The notes: a model not told the origin generated them from the letters alone. Shown: positions 20,346 to 31,043, numbered from the stretch's first letter. The stretch is 64,000 nt of DNA from an uncultured Trueperaceae bacterium (GCA_963799485.1 CAWCXJ010000001.1:160001-224000); one strand, 5' to 3'. Program-made: numbers and translations.

Positions 20346-21106
20346 AATGGCGGCGTAAAACGCCCGTCCTGCGCCGTCCAACCGCCGTCCACCACGAGCA
20401 GCGTCCCGGTCACATACGAGGCCGCGTCGCTCGCCAAAAACACGGCGGCCCCGACCATTTCGCCGGGCGTGGCCCAGCGCCCGAGTGCGCCCTTTTCGGC
20501 GTAAGCTTTGTACCATTCCGGATTGGCCTTGATGGGCGCGGTCAGCGGGGTTTCAACGACGCCCGGTGCAATCGCGTTCGCCCGCACACCCTGCGGCCCC
20601 AACTCGGCGGCGAGCGTCTTGACGAGTTGCAAGGTTCCGGCTTTGGTTGCCGCGTAAACGCCCTGCCCCGGTTCGACGACCTGCGCGCGAATCGATGAAA
20701 ACAGCACGATGCTCCCGCGTCCCTGCGCCGCCAGCCGCCGTCCGGCTGCCTGAAGCGCGAAAAAACTCCCTTTGAGGTTCAGGTTCACGACCCGCTCAAA
20801 CTCGGCTTCGGTATAATCCAGCAGCGGTTTACGGACATTGATTGAAGGTGTCGAAATCAAAATATCGAGTGCATTTAGGCCACCGATGACCTGTTCAACG
20901 TCGCCCGCGTCGGTGATGTCGAGTTTGACAGCTGAACCTATGCCCTCGGCGACGCGCTCGGCAGCCTCGAGATTGACATCGGCACAGGTAACGGCCCCGC
21001 CGAACGCCGCGAGTCCCTGCGCGACCGCCTCACCGATGCCCGACCCTGCGCCGATAACGAGCGCGTGTTTGCCGGTGAGGTCGAAAAGCTCTCTGTAGTC
21101 GTTCAT
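20342..21106 (-). CDS. SDR family oxidoreductase
   Basis: GAGSGIG, YAATK, NAIAPG, VDGGW. Confidence 0.93.
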   Translation of the reverse strand: MNDYRELFDLTGKHALVIGAGSGIGEAVAQGLAAFGGAVTCADVNLEAAERVAEGIGSAVKLDITDAGDVEQVIGGLNALDILISTPSINVRKPLLDYTEAEFERVVNLNLKGSFFALQAAGRRLAAQGRGSIVLFSSIRAQVVEPGQGVYAATKAGTLQLVKTLAAELGPQGVRANAIAPGVVETPLTAPIKANPEWYKAYAEKGALGRWATPGEMVGAAVFLASDAASYVTGTLLVVDGGWTAQDGRFTPPL

Positions 21107-21231
21107 GTCCGGTTGTATCAGGTGAGTCTACCGCTACGCAAGCTCGAGCCCCCGCGAATACTCGAGCAGACCGCCAAATATCACCTCGACCTGTGCGACA
21201 CTCTTCTGAGGAGGTCAGGGTGCATCAAAGG

Positions 21232-21453
21232 ATGTGGCTGGTGTTCGCGCCGCTTGGACTTGCGCTGATTGGTTTCGGGGCCAGCGTTATCGGCTACGCG
21301 GTTGAACTACGCACGCTGGACGCGGACTTTTGGACGTGGTTCTGGTGGGGCACGGCGGGCCTCGTTATTTTGAACAGCGGGGTCGCGTGTTTTGGCGAAG
21401 CGGTCAAGCGCCGGGTGCTTTACGAGTTGGAGAAAACAGGGAGCACCGAGTAA
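21232..21453 (+). CDS. Small two-TM membrane protein
   Basis: MWLVFAPLGL..., WFWWGT, CFGEAVKRR. Confidence 0.7.
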   Translation: MWLVFAPLGLALIGFGASVIGYAVELRTLDADFWTWFWWGTAGLVILNSGVACFGEAVKRRVLYELEKTGSTE

Positions 21454-21455
21454 AA

Positions 21456-21483
21456 GGGGCTCGAGTAAAACTACTCGAGCCCC
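21456..21483. terminator. Bidirectional hairpin built from CTCGAG sites
   Basis: GGGGCTCGAGTA-AAAC-TACTCGAGCCCC between convergent genes. Confidence 0.7.
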
Positions 21484-21498
21484 CTCATGTTTCGGTCT

Positions 21499-22617
21499 TT
21501 AACGGTGCCGTAAATTGCCGAGGGCGGTGACGGTGCCCAGCGACTTGATGAGTTCCTCGAGCGTCGTGCTGCTACCATCGGCAAAACGAACCGTTACGGC
21601 TTCACCCGGAATCCCGTTGCCGTTGGCGTCTGAAAGCTTACCGGAAAAGGTGACGGCGTTGTCTTTATCATCGTTGACGACCACCGAACCGCTCAGGTCG
21701 GGTTCGGTAATGCCGGAAAATTTCAGATTGAACGCGACGCTGTTCGTGTCGCCCGCAAACCCGCTCAAGCTTACAGACACCGCGCCGTCTTCGGGGACGA
21801 AGCTCTCGGTCAAGCAGTCCTGCCGGGTCAGCTCGCCGTTGACGGCGACGTTCCACTCGAGCGCGATTCCTTCATCGACTACCGTGACCTGGCCCTGCGT
21901 CGTTACCGAATCGCCCGCATCCGATTCACTGACCTCATAGCCGACGTTCCCCAGGTTTAAGAGGCTGCCCGTGCCGTTGACTGTAAGTGAGGTGGGCTCG
22001 AGGACGGCTTCCCCGCAACCCGCGTAATAGGTCGCCGCAACGTCCACATCGGCGGCGCTCTGTCCGTTTGCCACCAAACTCAGGTTGAGGCCGGTCGGGA
22101 CTTCGACAGCCTCACCGTAAACGTCGGCGCGGATGGTCGGGCTGAGGGCGTTCCAGTCGAAAGTGGCGGTTGCCGTTGCCGTGTCCGGTGCAGACGTTTC
22201 GGGGTCGGCGTCGTAGGGCCAGGTCAAGCTGAGGTCGTCCGCATCGCTGAGGCGTACCCACGCGTCGCCACCGTCCGAACGCGTATAGCTGTAGTTGCCC
22301 CGCGGCAGGTCGTTTACGGCGAGTGCGCTAAACAGTCGGTTCGCCGAACGGCGCGGCGCGGCGCTCACACCGTAACCGAAAAACGGATTGGTCATCAGAC
22401 TGTTTTGCGGAAACCCCTGCAGGGCGATAACGCCCGCGTCTTTAGCGGCGCGCCCCAGCACCGCCATGAGCTGTTCGGAGAGGTTGCTGGCGGTTGCGGT
22501 TACGTCTTGCTGATTGAGTGGACCGCTGGCGGTAGGAGGCGCAGCGATAGGCGCGGTGCAGGCGCTGAGGAGCACGGCGGTGAAGGCGGCGAGTGCGAGG
22601 CAGCGGGGGTATCTCAT
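21499..22617 (-). CDS. Uncharacterised beta-rich lipoprotein
   Basis: Lipobox LLSAC, AGGAG RBS, DANGNG motif. Confidence 0.75.
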   Translation of the reverse strand: MRYPRCLALAAFTAVLLSACTAPIAAPPTASGPLNQQDVTATASNLSEQLMAVLGRAAKDAGVIALQGFPQNSLMTNPFFGYGVSAAPRRSANRLFSALAVNDLPRGNYSYTRSDGGDAWVRLSDADDLSLTWPYDADPETSAPDTATATATFDWNALSPTIRADVYGEAVEVPTGLNLSLVANGQSAADVDVAATYYAGCGEAVLEPTSLTVNGTGSLLNLGNVGYEVSESDAGDSVTTQGQVTVVDEGIALEWNVAVNGELTRQDCLTESFVPEDGAVSVSLSGFAGDTNSVAFNLKFSGITEPDLSGSVVVNDDKDNAVTFSGKLSDANGNGIPGEAVTVRFADGSSTTLEELIKSLGTVTALGNLRHR

Positions 22618-22982
22618 CGTTTCTCCTAGTGGTTTTCTATGCGACTCCGGTTGAATCCGGACAGGTCAACGGGTAGCCGAGTACATGAATGACAAACGTA
22701 ACTATAGAGGATTTTACGTGACGCCGTGTTAAAAACTGGCGATTGATGAAGGATTTCTAAATATCCGCTGAAAAGCAGTGTGCTGCTACCTTGGACGAAA
22801 GTTCCGGTGATGCGTTCGGCGCGTACGGGCCTACCGGGTTGTCTTTCAGGTCTCGCGTTGGTTGTCAGGAGTCTACAAGCTGTGGATTCGGTAGTTTTGC
22901 GTTGCCGCTGCCGGCTCGCTAAAGCGCTTATACAGCCGTCAAACCCAGCGTACCGAGGCTCGAGCCGAACGATTAAAACAAG

Positions 22983-23006
22983 AAAAAAGCTGCCCGGGGG
23001 CAGCTT
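22983..23006 (-). terminator. Rho-independent terminator of the beta-barrel gene
   Basis: AAGCTGCC-CGGG-GGCAGCTT followed by U-run on minus strand. Confidence 0.7.
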
Positions 23007-23026
23007 GGCGGAGAAACGAGAGGCGT

Positions 23027-23554
23027 CTAGAGGTGAAAATTGACCCCCAATTTGGCACGAAACGAACCTTTGAGATCGGTGAAGTCTTTGCGAACCACCG
23101 CACCCGGCTGAATTTCGCCAAAGATACCGAAACGTCCCAGCATAGCTTCAGCGCCGACGACTGCGTGTAACCCGTAGCGGTAAGCAGCATTGAGCCTGCT
23201 CGCATTCTTGCCGTAGTAGCCGTCGACGCCGGCCCCTAAGTAGAGCGAATTGTTCGTCGGTGCGCCGACGATAGCGTCTCCGCCTGCGGTCAGCCGGTCG
23301 ACATTCAAGAAGAAGTTGGTAAACGCGTCCAGGCTCGCCATGTTGGGTTGCAAGTTATTCAGATTACCCTCGGCGCTCACGCGCACCTCGAACTCGGGGG
23401 TTAAATTGACACCTAGTTGCGCGCCCAGCTTCCAGTTGGTGTTCTTGTTTACGATAGGGGTTCCTGTCGTCAACCCAAGGTAAACGGTTTGGGCAAAGGC
23501 GCTCGGGAGGGCTAGGGCGAACAAGGTCAGTAAGACTTTCGTAAAGGTGTTCAT
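23027..23554 (-). CDS. Small outer-membrane beta-barrel protein
   Basis: Signal peptide (AFA), alternating beta-strands, C-terminal LGVNFHL. Confidence 0.8.
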   Translation of the reverse strand: MNTFTKVLLTLFALALPSAFAQTVYLGLTTGTPIVNKNTNWKLGAQLGVNLTPEFEVRVSAEGNLNNLQPNMASLDAFTNFFLNVDRLTAGGDAIVGAPTNNSLYLGAGVDGYYGKNASRLNAAYRYGLHAVVGAEAMLGRFGIFGEIQPGAVVRKDFTDLKGSFRAKLGVNFHL

Positions 23555-23729
23555 AGGCGTGAGTGTAGTCGGCTAGCCTTAAGAAAAGCTTAAGGAACTT
23601 CTCAAGCGGCCTGTCTGTGAGGGTTTGACCCGGGTATCAGCTTGGAACATACGCTCTAGTCGGCATCCGAATCGGCAAAACCAAAGCCGCGATTTACGCG
23701 GTCGTCTCCGCGCGCTGTGGTGCTAGCCA

Positions 23730-24068
23730 TTACGACCGCGAGCCTGAACGCCGTAAACCGTTCGCCCTCAGCCGGCACCTTGAAGCAGCTGCTTTAGCTG
23801 CCGAATCGCCGCCGGTTTGAACCAAACCGGGCGTCCAAAGTACGTTCTGGTCGAGCCAAAACAGATAGCCAAGCTCACCTCGCCCGACCCAAGCAGCGCA
23901 GTAGGACGGGTAGCCGAGAAACTGCGCCACCTGACCCGTGGGCGAGGTCCGCCGACCCCTCAGCTGAACCTCAAAGCGACCCAGCAGGTACGCGTGTTGC
24001 TGTGCCACAAGCGCATTGTAGCGCTCTAAAGCCGTAGCGGATATGGCTGCAGCGAAAACGTATCTCAT
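23730..24068 (-). CDS. Hypothetical protein (doubtful)
   Basis: ORF filling an otherwise empty gap; no recognisable motif. Confidence 0.25.
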   Translation of the reverse strand: MRYVFAAAISATALERYNALVAQQHAYLLGRFEVQLRGRRTSPTGQVAQFLGYPSYCAAWVGRGELGYLFWLDQNVLWTPGLVQTGGDSAAKAAASRCRLRANGLRRSGSRS

Positions 24069-24195
24069 TCCTGCCGGCATCACCCTGCTATATAACCCCG
24101 GTATCATCTTCAAAAGCACGTACCGGTGTACGAAGTTCTGCAGAGCAACGCCATTTTACGGCGTGAGCTTGGTTCAAACCGGCTGCCTGCTATAG

Positions 24196-24209
24196 TGTAT
24201 AAATATGCC
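24196..24209 (+). promoter_or_regulatory. ARG-box-like operator overlapping argR start
   Basis: TGTATAAATATGCC resembles TGMATAAWWATKCA, next to TATAGT -10. Confidence 0.55.
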
Positions 24210-24663
24210 GAGTAAAGAGTATAGACAGAGGCTTATCGAAGAGCTGGTCGAGAGCGAATTTATCTCGACGCAATCCGAGTTGGCCGAGCATCTGGCTGCC
24301 AAAGGTATCCGGGTGACGCAAGCGACTATCAGCCGCGACGTCAACGAACTCCGGCTGGTGCGGCTGCCGGCCGGAGACGGTCAGCACCGCTACCGCTCGA
24401 CGCCTTTGGCGGCGCAAGAAGACGTAATGGGTGAGCTGAAGCAGCGGTTTCGGCTGTTCGTCCGGGACATCGACCGGGGTGAAAATATTCTGGTTGTCAA
24501 CACCGACGAAGGGCACGCGACGGGGATCGCCTACGTCATCGACAAGCTCGAGCGCGACGAAATCGTCGGCAGTCTGGCGGGTCAAAACACGATTATGATC
24601 GTCACGCGCAGCAGCGACGACGCGGAGACGATGCTAGACGAGCTTGAAGGGTTGCTCGAGTGA
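24205..24663 (+). CDS. argR: Arginine repressor
   Basis: TQSEL, VTQATISRD, GSLAGQNTI. Confidence 0.95.
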   Translation: MPSKEYRQRLIEELVESEFISTQSELAEHLAAKGIRVTQATISRDVNELRLVRLPAGDGQHRYRSTPLAAQEDVMGELKQRFRLFVRDIDRGENILVVNTDEGHATGIAYVIDKLERDEIVGSLAGQNTIMIVTRSSDDAETMLDELEGLLE

Positions 24664-26951
24664 AGTTTATCAGGCTGCTGGTTTTCGCTACAATCTTTTT
24701 CGGTAGTTTGGTCTCGGCGCAGACTGTACCCAACGGCCCGCAGCTGGCAGTGTTCCCTTTTGTCGGCAGCGAACCGCGCCTCGGCGTCGCCGTTGCCGAC
24801 CGGTTGACCCGTTCGTTTACGGACGCCAGCATCCCGCCCGAACTCGCGCTCGGCCTGGTGCCGCCGCTGCTGCTCGAAGAGGGCACCTTTATCAGCCCGC
24901 TCAACCTCTTGGGCGACGAGGGGACGGCGAGCCGGTTGGCTGCGGCTTTTTTACGGGAGGCGCTCTTTGTCAGTACCGCCGTAACCGGGCAGGTACGGCT
25001 GACCGGGGCGGGGCTCGAGCTCAGGCTGTTCGTCGCCCGCCCGGACGGGGCGCGCAGCTTTTTGTTTTACGCGCCCGAAGCGTTTCCTGAACGCCTGGTC
25101 GCTCAGGCTCAGGGGGCGCTCAGCAGTTACGCCGGACTGACGCCGAGGCCGGACGCACGCCTCAGCATCGACCTGTCGTCGCCTTACGGCACCTTTATCG
25201 ACGCGCTGGTCAATCTGGGGAGTGGGTTCCCAGACGAGGCGTTGCCGCTTTTACGGCGCGCCGGGGCTGCCCTGCGCGCCGAACCGCGTTTTAGCGCGCG
25301 GGCCGAAGCGGTGCAGGGGCTCTTGTCGGCGCGTCCGGGAGGGGCCGGGGCCCGCTATCCGCTGCTCGCCGCCGTGATCGCGCTCAACAGGCAACCTTTT
25401 AGCGAAGCGGCGGTGATGCGTGCGTTCGAAAAAAGTCCACTGCCTTTAGGCACACTTTGGCGGGCGCTCCTTGCGGTACAAGCCGGTGACGCTGAAGGTG
25501 CCCGTCAGGGTTTTACGGCGCTCGGTGGTTACGCTTACGCTGAAGCCCAGGCGCTGTTCTACCGCTTGGGCGAAACCGACGGCGCGGCGCTTAAAACCGA
25601 CTTGCAAACGCTGCTGCAACAGTATCCAAACGCGCTGAGCGTTTTAGTAAGTGGACTCTTTTTAGCCCAGGGCTTAAATGACGGGGTGCTCGAGCAGACT
25701 CTCGCAACGCGTCTGACCGAACTGGCTCCGGCTTTCGCCTATCCCTACGAACGGCTGTCCCAGCTTGCGTTTGACCGTAACGAGCCTGAAGCGGCGGCGG
25801 TTGCCCTTCGCACGGCGGCGCGGCTCGAGCCGCAAAGCGACCTCTACTTGACCAATCTGGGCTGGGCGTACTATCTGCTGGGCGCACTTGAAGCGAGTGA
25901 AACGGCGTCGGAAGAGGCGCTGAGGCTCAACCCCGGTGAGGTCGTCGCGCTTTACAATCTGGGCCTCGTCCAGACGGTCACGGGCCGTTTGGGGCTGGCG
26001 CTAGACACTTACGCACAGGCGACCGCCCTCGATTTGCAGGCTGATGACCAGCTCGACCCGGCAGCCACCGCAGACCTGCAGGATGCGCTGGCCCTTTACC
26101 CCGACGTTCCGGGTATCTATTACGCCCTGGGGACGCTTTTGGAGGTCGGCGGTAAGCCCGGCCCCGCCGCCGCGCAGTTTGAGCGCTACGCCGCGCGGGG
26201 CAAAGGGCCGCGCGTCGCCGAGGCCGAGGCGCGGATAGAGGCGCTCCGGGCACCCGCGCCACCGCTGCGTCTCGCCCCGGTACAGCTCGGGGTCGGGACC
26301 GCAACCGAGAGGGTCGCCCAATACGTCCCCGGCGACCTGCTCTACGCCCGTTTTGAACTTTCGACGCCGGGCGACGCGCTCCCTACGCCCCTGCAGATCA
26401 CCCTCAGACTCGAGGACAAAGGCGGACGCGTCGTCAGCGAGGCTTCGGCGACCGAGCGGACACCGCTACCGCCCAACACCGTTGCTCTGGAGATTACCGA
26501 CGTAGCGCTCACGTTGCCGCAAACCCTGGCACCCGGAGATTACACCCTGAACGTTTCGGCGCGCGCGCGCGGGCGCGTCGCGCGGGCGCAGCTACCCGTC
26601 ACCGTCGCTACCCGTACACCCCCTTTGGCCCGGCAACTTATCGGTCGGGGCGTCATCCTCCGCAGTCTTACCGGGCGTTCGCTCTATCCGGACGCGTCGC
26701 TGGCAGACGACGCGCTCGTTCAGACCCTTCTCGCCGAGTTGTCACGCGCCGCCGCTGAAGCCGCCGAAACCTTGCCGGAAGTCGCTGGCGGGCGCTTTGC
26801 CGGTCAGGGTGGTGCCGCGGTGTTTAGCTCGAGCAAAGAAGAAGATATACGCGATTTTTTAGCTTTTATCCTGCAAGAAGGCACAAATACCGACGGCAGC
26901 TTCGCCGAACTTTACGCACGCTGGGCGCTCGCGGGCGCGCCTGCACCCTAA
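24660..26951 (+). CDS. Exported tetratricopeptide-repeat protein
   Basis: Signal peptide, TPR motifs (NLGWAYY, LYNLGLV, YYALG), Ig-like C-terminal segment. Confidence 0.8.
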   Translation: MKFIRLLVFATIFFGSLVSAQTVPNGPQLAVFPFVGSEPRLGVAVADRLTRSFTDASIPPELALGLVPPLLLEEGTFISPLNLLGDEGTASRLAAAFLREALFVSTAVTGQVRLTGAGLELRLFVARPDGARSFLFYAPEAFPERLVAQAQGALSSYAGLTPRPDARLSIDLSSPYGTFIDALVNLGSGFPDEALPLLRRAGAALRAEPRFSARAEAVQGLLSARPGGAGARYPLLAAVIALNRQPFSEAAVMRAFEKSPLPLGTLWRALLAVQAGDAEGARQGFTALGGYAYAEAQALFYRLGETDGAALKTDLQTLLQQYPNALSVLVSGLFLAQGLNDGVLEQTLATRLTELAPAFAYPYERLSQLAFDRNEPEAAAVALRTAARLEPQSDLYLTNLGWAYYLLGALEASETASEEALRLNPGEVVALYNLGLVQTVTGRLGLALDTYAQATALDLQADDQLDPAATADLQDALALYPDVPGIYYALGTLLEVGGKPGPAAAQFERYAARGKGPRVAEAEARIEALRAPAPPLRLAPVQLGVGTATERVAQYVPGDLLYARFELSTPGDALPTPLQITLRLEDKGGRVVSEASATERTPLPPNTVALEITDVALTLPQTLAPGDYTLNVSARARGRVARAQLPVTVATRTPPLARQLIGRGVILRSLTGRSLYPDASLADDALVQTLLAELSRAAAEAAETLPEVAGGRFAGQGGAAVFSSSKEEDIRDFLAFILQEGTNTDGSFAELYARWALAGAPAP

Positions 26952-28633
26952 GGAACCGTAACCGGCGCGCCGTAAGCTTCACCGCCCAACGTAAGCCTGA
27001 AGACGAGCGGGCCGGTCGCCGTCGTCAGGTAGATACCCTCGAGTCGTTCATTGGCCGCAACCTTTTGCCCGCGCAAAATCGTCTCCCGGGTACCGTCTGC
27101 CCGTGTGACCGTAATCGTTGCGGCACGCCCCCCGGCGTCTTGCCCGAGCTGCCAGGCGTAGCGTGCCCGGCGCACTGAAATCTGCGGCGCAGCGGTTGGC
27201 TCGACGCTTACGACGATCTCAGGCATTGGGATTTCAAGCGGTGCTCGGTTAAGCGTAACGCTTATATTTCCCTGCAGTGGCGCGCCGGGTTCGGGACGCT
27301 GCAACACTACGCCGCTCGGCAGTTCGGGCGCGCTGACCTGGGCACCGACAACGACGCCTAGACCAAGCGCCCGCGCCCGCCGCTGCGCGCTCCCGAGGTC
27401 CAAGCCGGTGAGGTCGGGGGTGCCGCCCTCGCCGGAAGCGGTACTTGCCGCCGCCAGCGTAAGCCGTAAACGGGCCTGCGCCAGCGGTACGCTGACGTAA
27501 GGGGCGATGTTCTGGGCTAAAACCGTTCCGGCGGGGGTACCGTTGCCGGGGGTACGCTCGAGCCTGACCGCACCACGCGCAAACCCGGCGGCCTCAGCGA
27601 GTCCTAACGCGTCTTCTAAAGGCAAACCGGTCAAATCGGGTACAAAGGTCGCTTCACCTAGCGGCCCGTTGCTGACGAGCAGCACAAAATGTCCCCCTTG
27701 GGCGGCGGGCGCAGCAGCGGCTGGAATCTGCGCGATAACCGTTCCTCTCGGGGCGCGGCTGTAACTCCGCGCCACCTCCCCGACGCGAAACCCTGCTTCG
27801 CTCAGCATGGTTTCGGCCCGCGTCAGGGTCGTTCCTACGACGCCGGGGGCAACTTCCGGTGACTGTCCGGCCGGAAGGGCGTAACGAACACTTAGCGTGC
27901 GACCCGGACGCAGCGACGTTCCGGCCTCCGGACGCACCTCGAGCACCTCACCTGCCGGTCGGGACGACGTGAGGGGGACGGGCGCGCTGCGAAACCCTGC
28001 GTCGTGAAGCCTTTTTAGGGCGATGTTGATCTCCTGTCCGCGCACGTCGGGGACGCTGACCAACGCAGGTTGTAAAAGCTGCGCCAAGCTGAGCAGCAAG
28101 AAAAACACACCCAAAAGGCCCAATATACACGCGGGTGCCCACGGACGAAACGCGGCCCAAGTCGATACCCGGCGGCTCCTTGGGGGTGCCGGTCTCACCG
28201 CAGCCGGCTCGGGGGTGCTCGAGGTCACTGCTGCACCCGCCGCCGAGAAACTCAGCGCGTAAACTTGCGGCGGTGCGCCCGGTACGGCGCACACCTGCGC
28301 TTCAGTAAGCCGGCGGTCGTAGGCGGCTAATATCTCCTCAATAGCGTCTAGTTCCTTGCCGGCAACCGGCTGCGCTCCTGTTTCTCCCGGTACGCGCCAC
28401 GCGACGTAGTGTGCGCCCGGACGTGAAACGAGGTCGTAAAGAGCCGCGTGACCACTCCGCCTAAGCTGCCGTAAAAGCGCCCGGTACTGCTCGAAAGCGC
28501 GTTCCTCAACGGGTGTCCCTAAGTCGTACCAGTTGATGCTCAGGGCGGTGCCGTCCGGAGCCGTCGCGCCGAAAAGCGTCTCGCGCCCCCCCAGCTCTCT
28601 CTCTGAAGTGATCTCGTACCTGCCGTCTAACAC
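26948..28633 (-). CDS. PASTA-repeat membrane protein with degenerate kinase-like N-terminus
   Basis: LDGRYEI start, one TM, VPDVRG/APGVVG/VPDLTG/TPDLTG PASTA repeats. Confidence 0.85.
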   Translation of the reverse strand: MLDGRYEITSERELGGRETLFGATAPDGTALSINWYDLGTPVEERAFEQYRALLRQLRRSGHAALYDLVSRPGAHYVAWRVPGETGAQPVAGKELDAIEEILAAYDRRLTEAQVCAVPGAPPQVYALSFSAAGAAVTSSTPEPAAVRPAPPRSRRVSTWAAFRPWAPACILGLLGVFFLLLSLAQLLQPALVSVPDVRGQEINIALKRLHDAGFRSAPVPLTSSRPAGEVLEVRPEAGTSLRPGRTLSVRYALPAGQSPEVAPGVVGTTLTRAETMLSEAGFRVGEVARSYSRAPRGTVIAQIPAAAAPAAQGGHFVLLVSNGPLGEATFVPDLTGLPLEDALGLAEAAGFARGAVRLERTPGNGTPAGTVLAQNIAPYVSVPLAQARLRLTLAAASTASGEGGTPDLTGLDLGSAQRRARALGLGVVVGAQVSAPELPSGVVLQRPEPGAPLQGNISVTLNRAPLEIPMPEIVVSVEPTAAPQISVRRARYAWQLGQDAGGRAATITVTRADGTRETILRGQKVAANERLEGIYLTTATGPLVFRLTLGGEAYGAPVTVP

Positions 28634-28806
28634 GCCCTACTATCTTATGACGCGAACACCCGCAAGACCTGAGAATTTCTCTTGAGAACCATCTCGGGCG
28701 TGTTTGTCCTTAGCTGTACCTGATTCTCGACGAACTGCTCGAGATATATGTTTAGAGGCTCTAAACCCATCTCGGCGCGGCGCACCTCGGCGCCACACCG
28801 TACAGC

Positions 28807-28835
28807 AAAAAAGAGACGCGGTTTAGGCGTCTCTT
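28807..28835 (-). terminator. Rho-independent terminator of second ftsH
   Basis: AAGAGACGC...GCGTCTCTT plus U-run on minus strand. Confidence 0.7.
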
Positions 28836-28857
28836 CGGTATTGATACAAGCTTTTTG

Positions 28858-30844
28858 CTAACCTCGCGACCCTTCCGACGCAGGCCGCGTGTCGATGGTC
28901 GGGGTAGGACGTTCGGCGCGGCGTTGCCGGTCGGCTTCGGCGGCGCGTTCGGCGGCGGCTGCCATACGGCGTTCGGCAGCTTCCGTGTCATCGACGATCA
29001 TCTTGGTGATCTCTTCAGCGCTTGCGCCTTCTTGGGCAGCGCTCAAACGCCTTGGCGATAAGCGTGCCTTCGATGGTTTCACGTTCTAAAAGTGCGTTGG
29101 CAACGCCTTCAACAGCAACCCAGTGGTCACCGATAACGGTTTCGGTAACTTTGTAGGCAGCCTCCAAAATCTTGTTGACTTCGCCCTCCAACTCACGCGC
29201 TGTCTCCTCGGAGAAATCTTTACGGCGACTGATTTCGCCGCCCAAAAAGACCGGCCCCTGGTCGGAGCCCCACGCCACGAACTCTTCGCCGCCCATACCG
29301 AGGTCGAACACCATCTGCTTGGCCATATCGGTCGCTTGCTTGAGGTCGTTTGACGCACCTGACGAGATCGTACCCGTAAGCTTCTTCTCCGCGACGCGTC
29401 CACCAAAAGCAACGACGAGCTGCTGCTGAAAACGTTCACGTGAAAAAAACATCTCTTCTTTGGACAGGGGAGCCATAAAGCCGCCGGCACCGCCGCGCGG
29501 CATGATCGTCACCTTACGGATGTGTCCTAAGTCGGGTTGCGACGCGAACGCGACCGCGTGTCCCGACTCATGAAACGCCAGAATCTGCCGCTCTTTTTCA
29601 CTCGGGACGAGCGAGCCGCGCCGTAAACCGAGCACGATACGGTCTAAAGCTTCGTTAAAGTCGCTCCACGAGATGATCTGTTTGCCGGTACGGGCGGCAA
29701 TCAGCGCGGCTTCGTTGGTGAGGTTCTCGAGGTCGGCCCCGGAAAACATCGGCGTCGCACTGGCGAGGCGCTCGATGTCTACATCGTCGGCGACGGGCTT
29801 ATTCCGCACATGAACGCGCAAGACCTGCTCGCGTTCACGCTGCGTCGGCAACCCGATGGTCACTTGCCGGTCGAAACGGCCTGGGCGCAAAAGGGCCGGG
29901 TCTAAAACGTCAGGGCGGTTGGTCGCTGCGATGATGATAACCGAAGTGTCTTTTTCAAACCCGTCCATCTCGGACAAAATCTGGTTGAGGGTCTGCTCGC
30001 GTTCGTCGTGACCGCCGCCGATACCCGCGCCGCGTCGCCGCCCGATCGAGTCGAGTTCGTCGATAAAGATAATAGCGGGGCTCGCCTTGCGCGCCTCTTC
30101 GAACAGGTTGCGGACGCGGCTCGCCCCGACGCCGACGAACATCTCCATAAATTCGGACGCCGAGACCGTTAAAAACGGTACGCCTGCTTCACCGGCAACG
30201 GCGCGGGCAAGGAGCGTTTTACCGGTTCCGGGTGGCCCGACCAGGAGCATCCCTTTAGGAATCTCTGCGCCGATCCGCAGATACTTTTGTGGACTTTTAA
30301 GAAAATCGACTACTTCCTTAAGCTCTTGCTTCGCCTCTTCGTGACCGGCAACGTCTTCAAAGGTCGTTTTGACCTTGTTTTCGCGCCCGTAGGTTTTGGC
30401 TTTCGATTGACCGAACTGCATCACCTGACTGGGGCCGCCCTGCGCCCGCATAAAGACGAACCAGAAAAAACCGATCAAGATGATAATCGGCAAAAACGAG
30501 ACGAGCAGGCCGAGCCACTGCGACGGTACACGACCTTCGAACGAAACGTTGTTTTCCTTGAGGAGCGGAATCAACGTCGGGTCTTCGACGGGGAGCGTTG
30601 TCACCTGGAACGAACGGATCGCGCGTGTTTGACCACCTTCGTCGACCTGCGTCTCGGCTTTGAGTTCGCCGCGAATCGTGTTTTGCTCGATCACGACTGA
30701 ATCAACCTTGTCTTCAGTTACGAGGTTGGTGAAGGTCGAGTAGCTGATTTCGCTCCCCGGGGGGCGCGCGTTAAACTGGTTGAAGACGACGACCCCCAGG
30801 ATAATCAAAATCACAAAAAACCAGGGGTTAAAGGTTCGTTTCAA
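28858..30844 (-). CDS. ftsH: Second FtsH paralogue, frameshifted at ~29041 near the C-terminus
   Basis: [19 protein letters not shown]; tail continues in the 28858-29082 frame ([14 protein letters not shown]). Confidence 0.92.
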
Positions 30845-31043
30845 GATGGTGCCTCCATATGGCGTGCTGGCTTACCCGCCCGTAGGGCAATCCGTAGCAG
30901 ATTTGGGTGTCTTGCGTGCGGGCGTCTTCAGTACGCGCATCGTAGCACTTTAACAACCCCTTCGGCTGTAAGCTGCCGGACGAAAAAAGTGCTGTTCGCC
31001 TCACGTGTAATTCGTGTGGGACGCCCAAACGCGTAGCCGAGGT

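Noticed and set aside
22640..22680. TPP riboswitch-like segment on the minus strand (ACCCGTTGACCTGTCCGG...CCGG)
   Set aside because: Lacks the CTGAGA half and has no thiamine-related downstream gene
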